The notes beneath the pieces were generated by a model that saw nothing but the letters and a program-made list of their open reading frames with translations, made no database searches and was not told the DNA's origin. A program made the translations under genes and the position numbers. From Phoronis australis (taxonomy: Eukaryota; Animalia; Phoronida), in the NCBI GenBank assembly GCA_002633005.1, contig NMRA01000640.1, forward strand, positions 62,001 to 126,000: a stretch of DNA of 64,000 bases, written 5' to 3'. Below are positions 1-64,000 of the stretch, one piece after another (position 1 is the first letter of the stretch; the number at the start of each line of letters is the position of its first letter).

Positions 1-63864
<63,864 letters not shown>

Positions 63865-64000
63865 CTATAAAAACGCGACGACACTGGGATTTACATGGTC
63901 ACAAATGGGCTTTCACATTCATTGGAACAACAGGAGTGTTAACACCATAATGTTGCTATGAAATGGCAAAAATGCTTAATATGAAGAAAATTGGTGTTTC

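Overview
Eukaryotic (metazoan, probably marine invertebrate; the species cannot be determined from this sequence) genomic DNA. The whole window lies inside one minus-strand gene, the giant HECT E3 ubiquitin ligase HUWE1 (Mule/ARF-BP1/Tom1 family). I traced 56 in-phase coding exons covering the ARM-like N-terminal region, UBA, UIM, WWE, the acidic tract and the UBM region. The start codon and HECT domain lie outside the window, and one intron uses a GC-AG donor. The main non-obvious content is intronic: about 19 non-redundant snoRNA genes in six multi-copy families, all sense to the host and one per intron. They are 4 SNORD55/U39-like and 5 SNORD59-like C/D RNAs, 4 SNORA8-like H/ACA RNAs, and three 2-copy H/ACA families I cannot name. 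Six tandem duplicated blocks each abut Ns and are most likely uncollapsed alleles. They expose insertion polymorphism of a PIF/Harbinger-type MITE (3 copies, TWA target duplication) and a VNTR. Minisatellites and short palindromic repeats fill other introns. rRNA target and homolog assignments rest on sequences recalled from memory, not on database searches.
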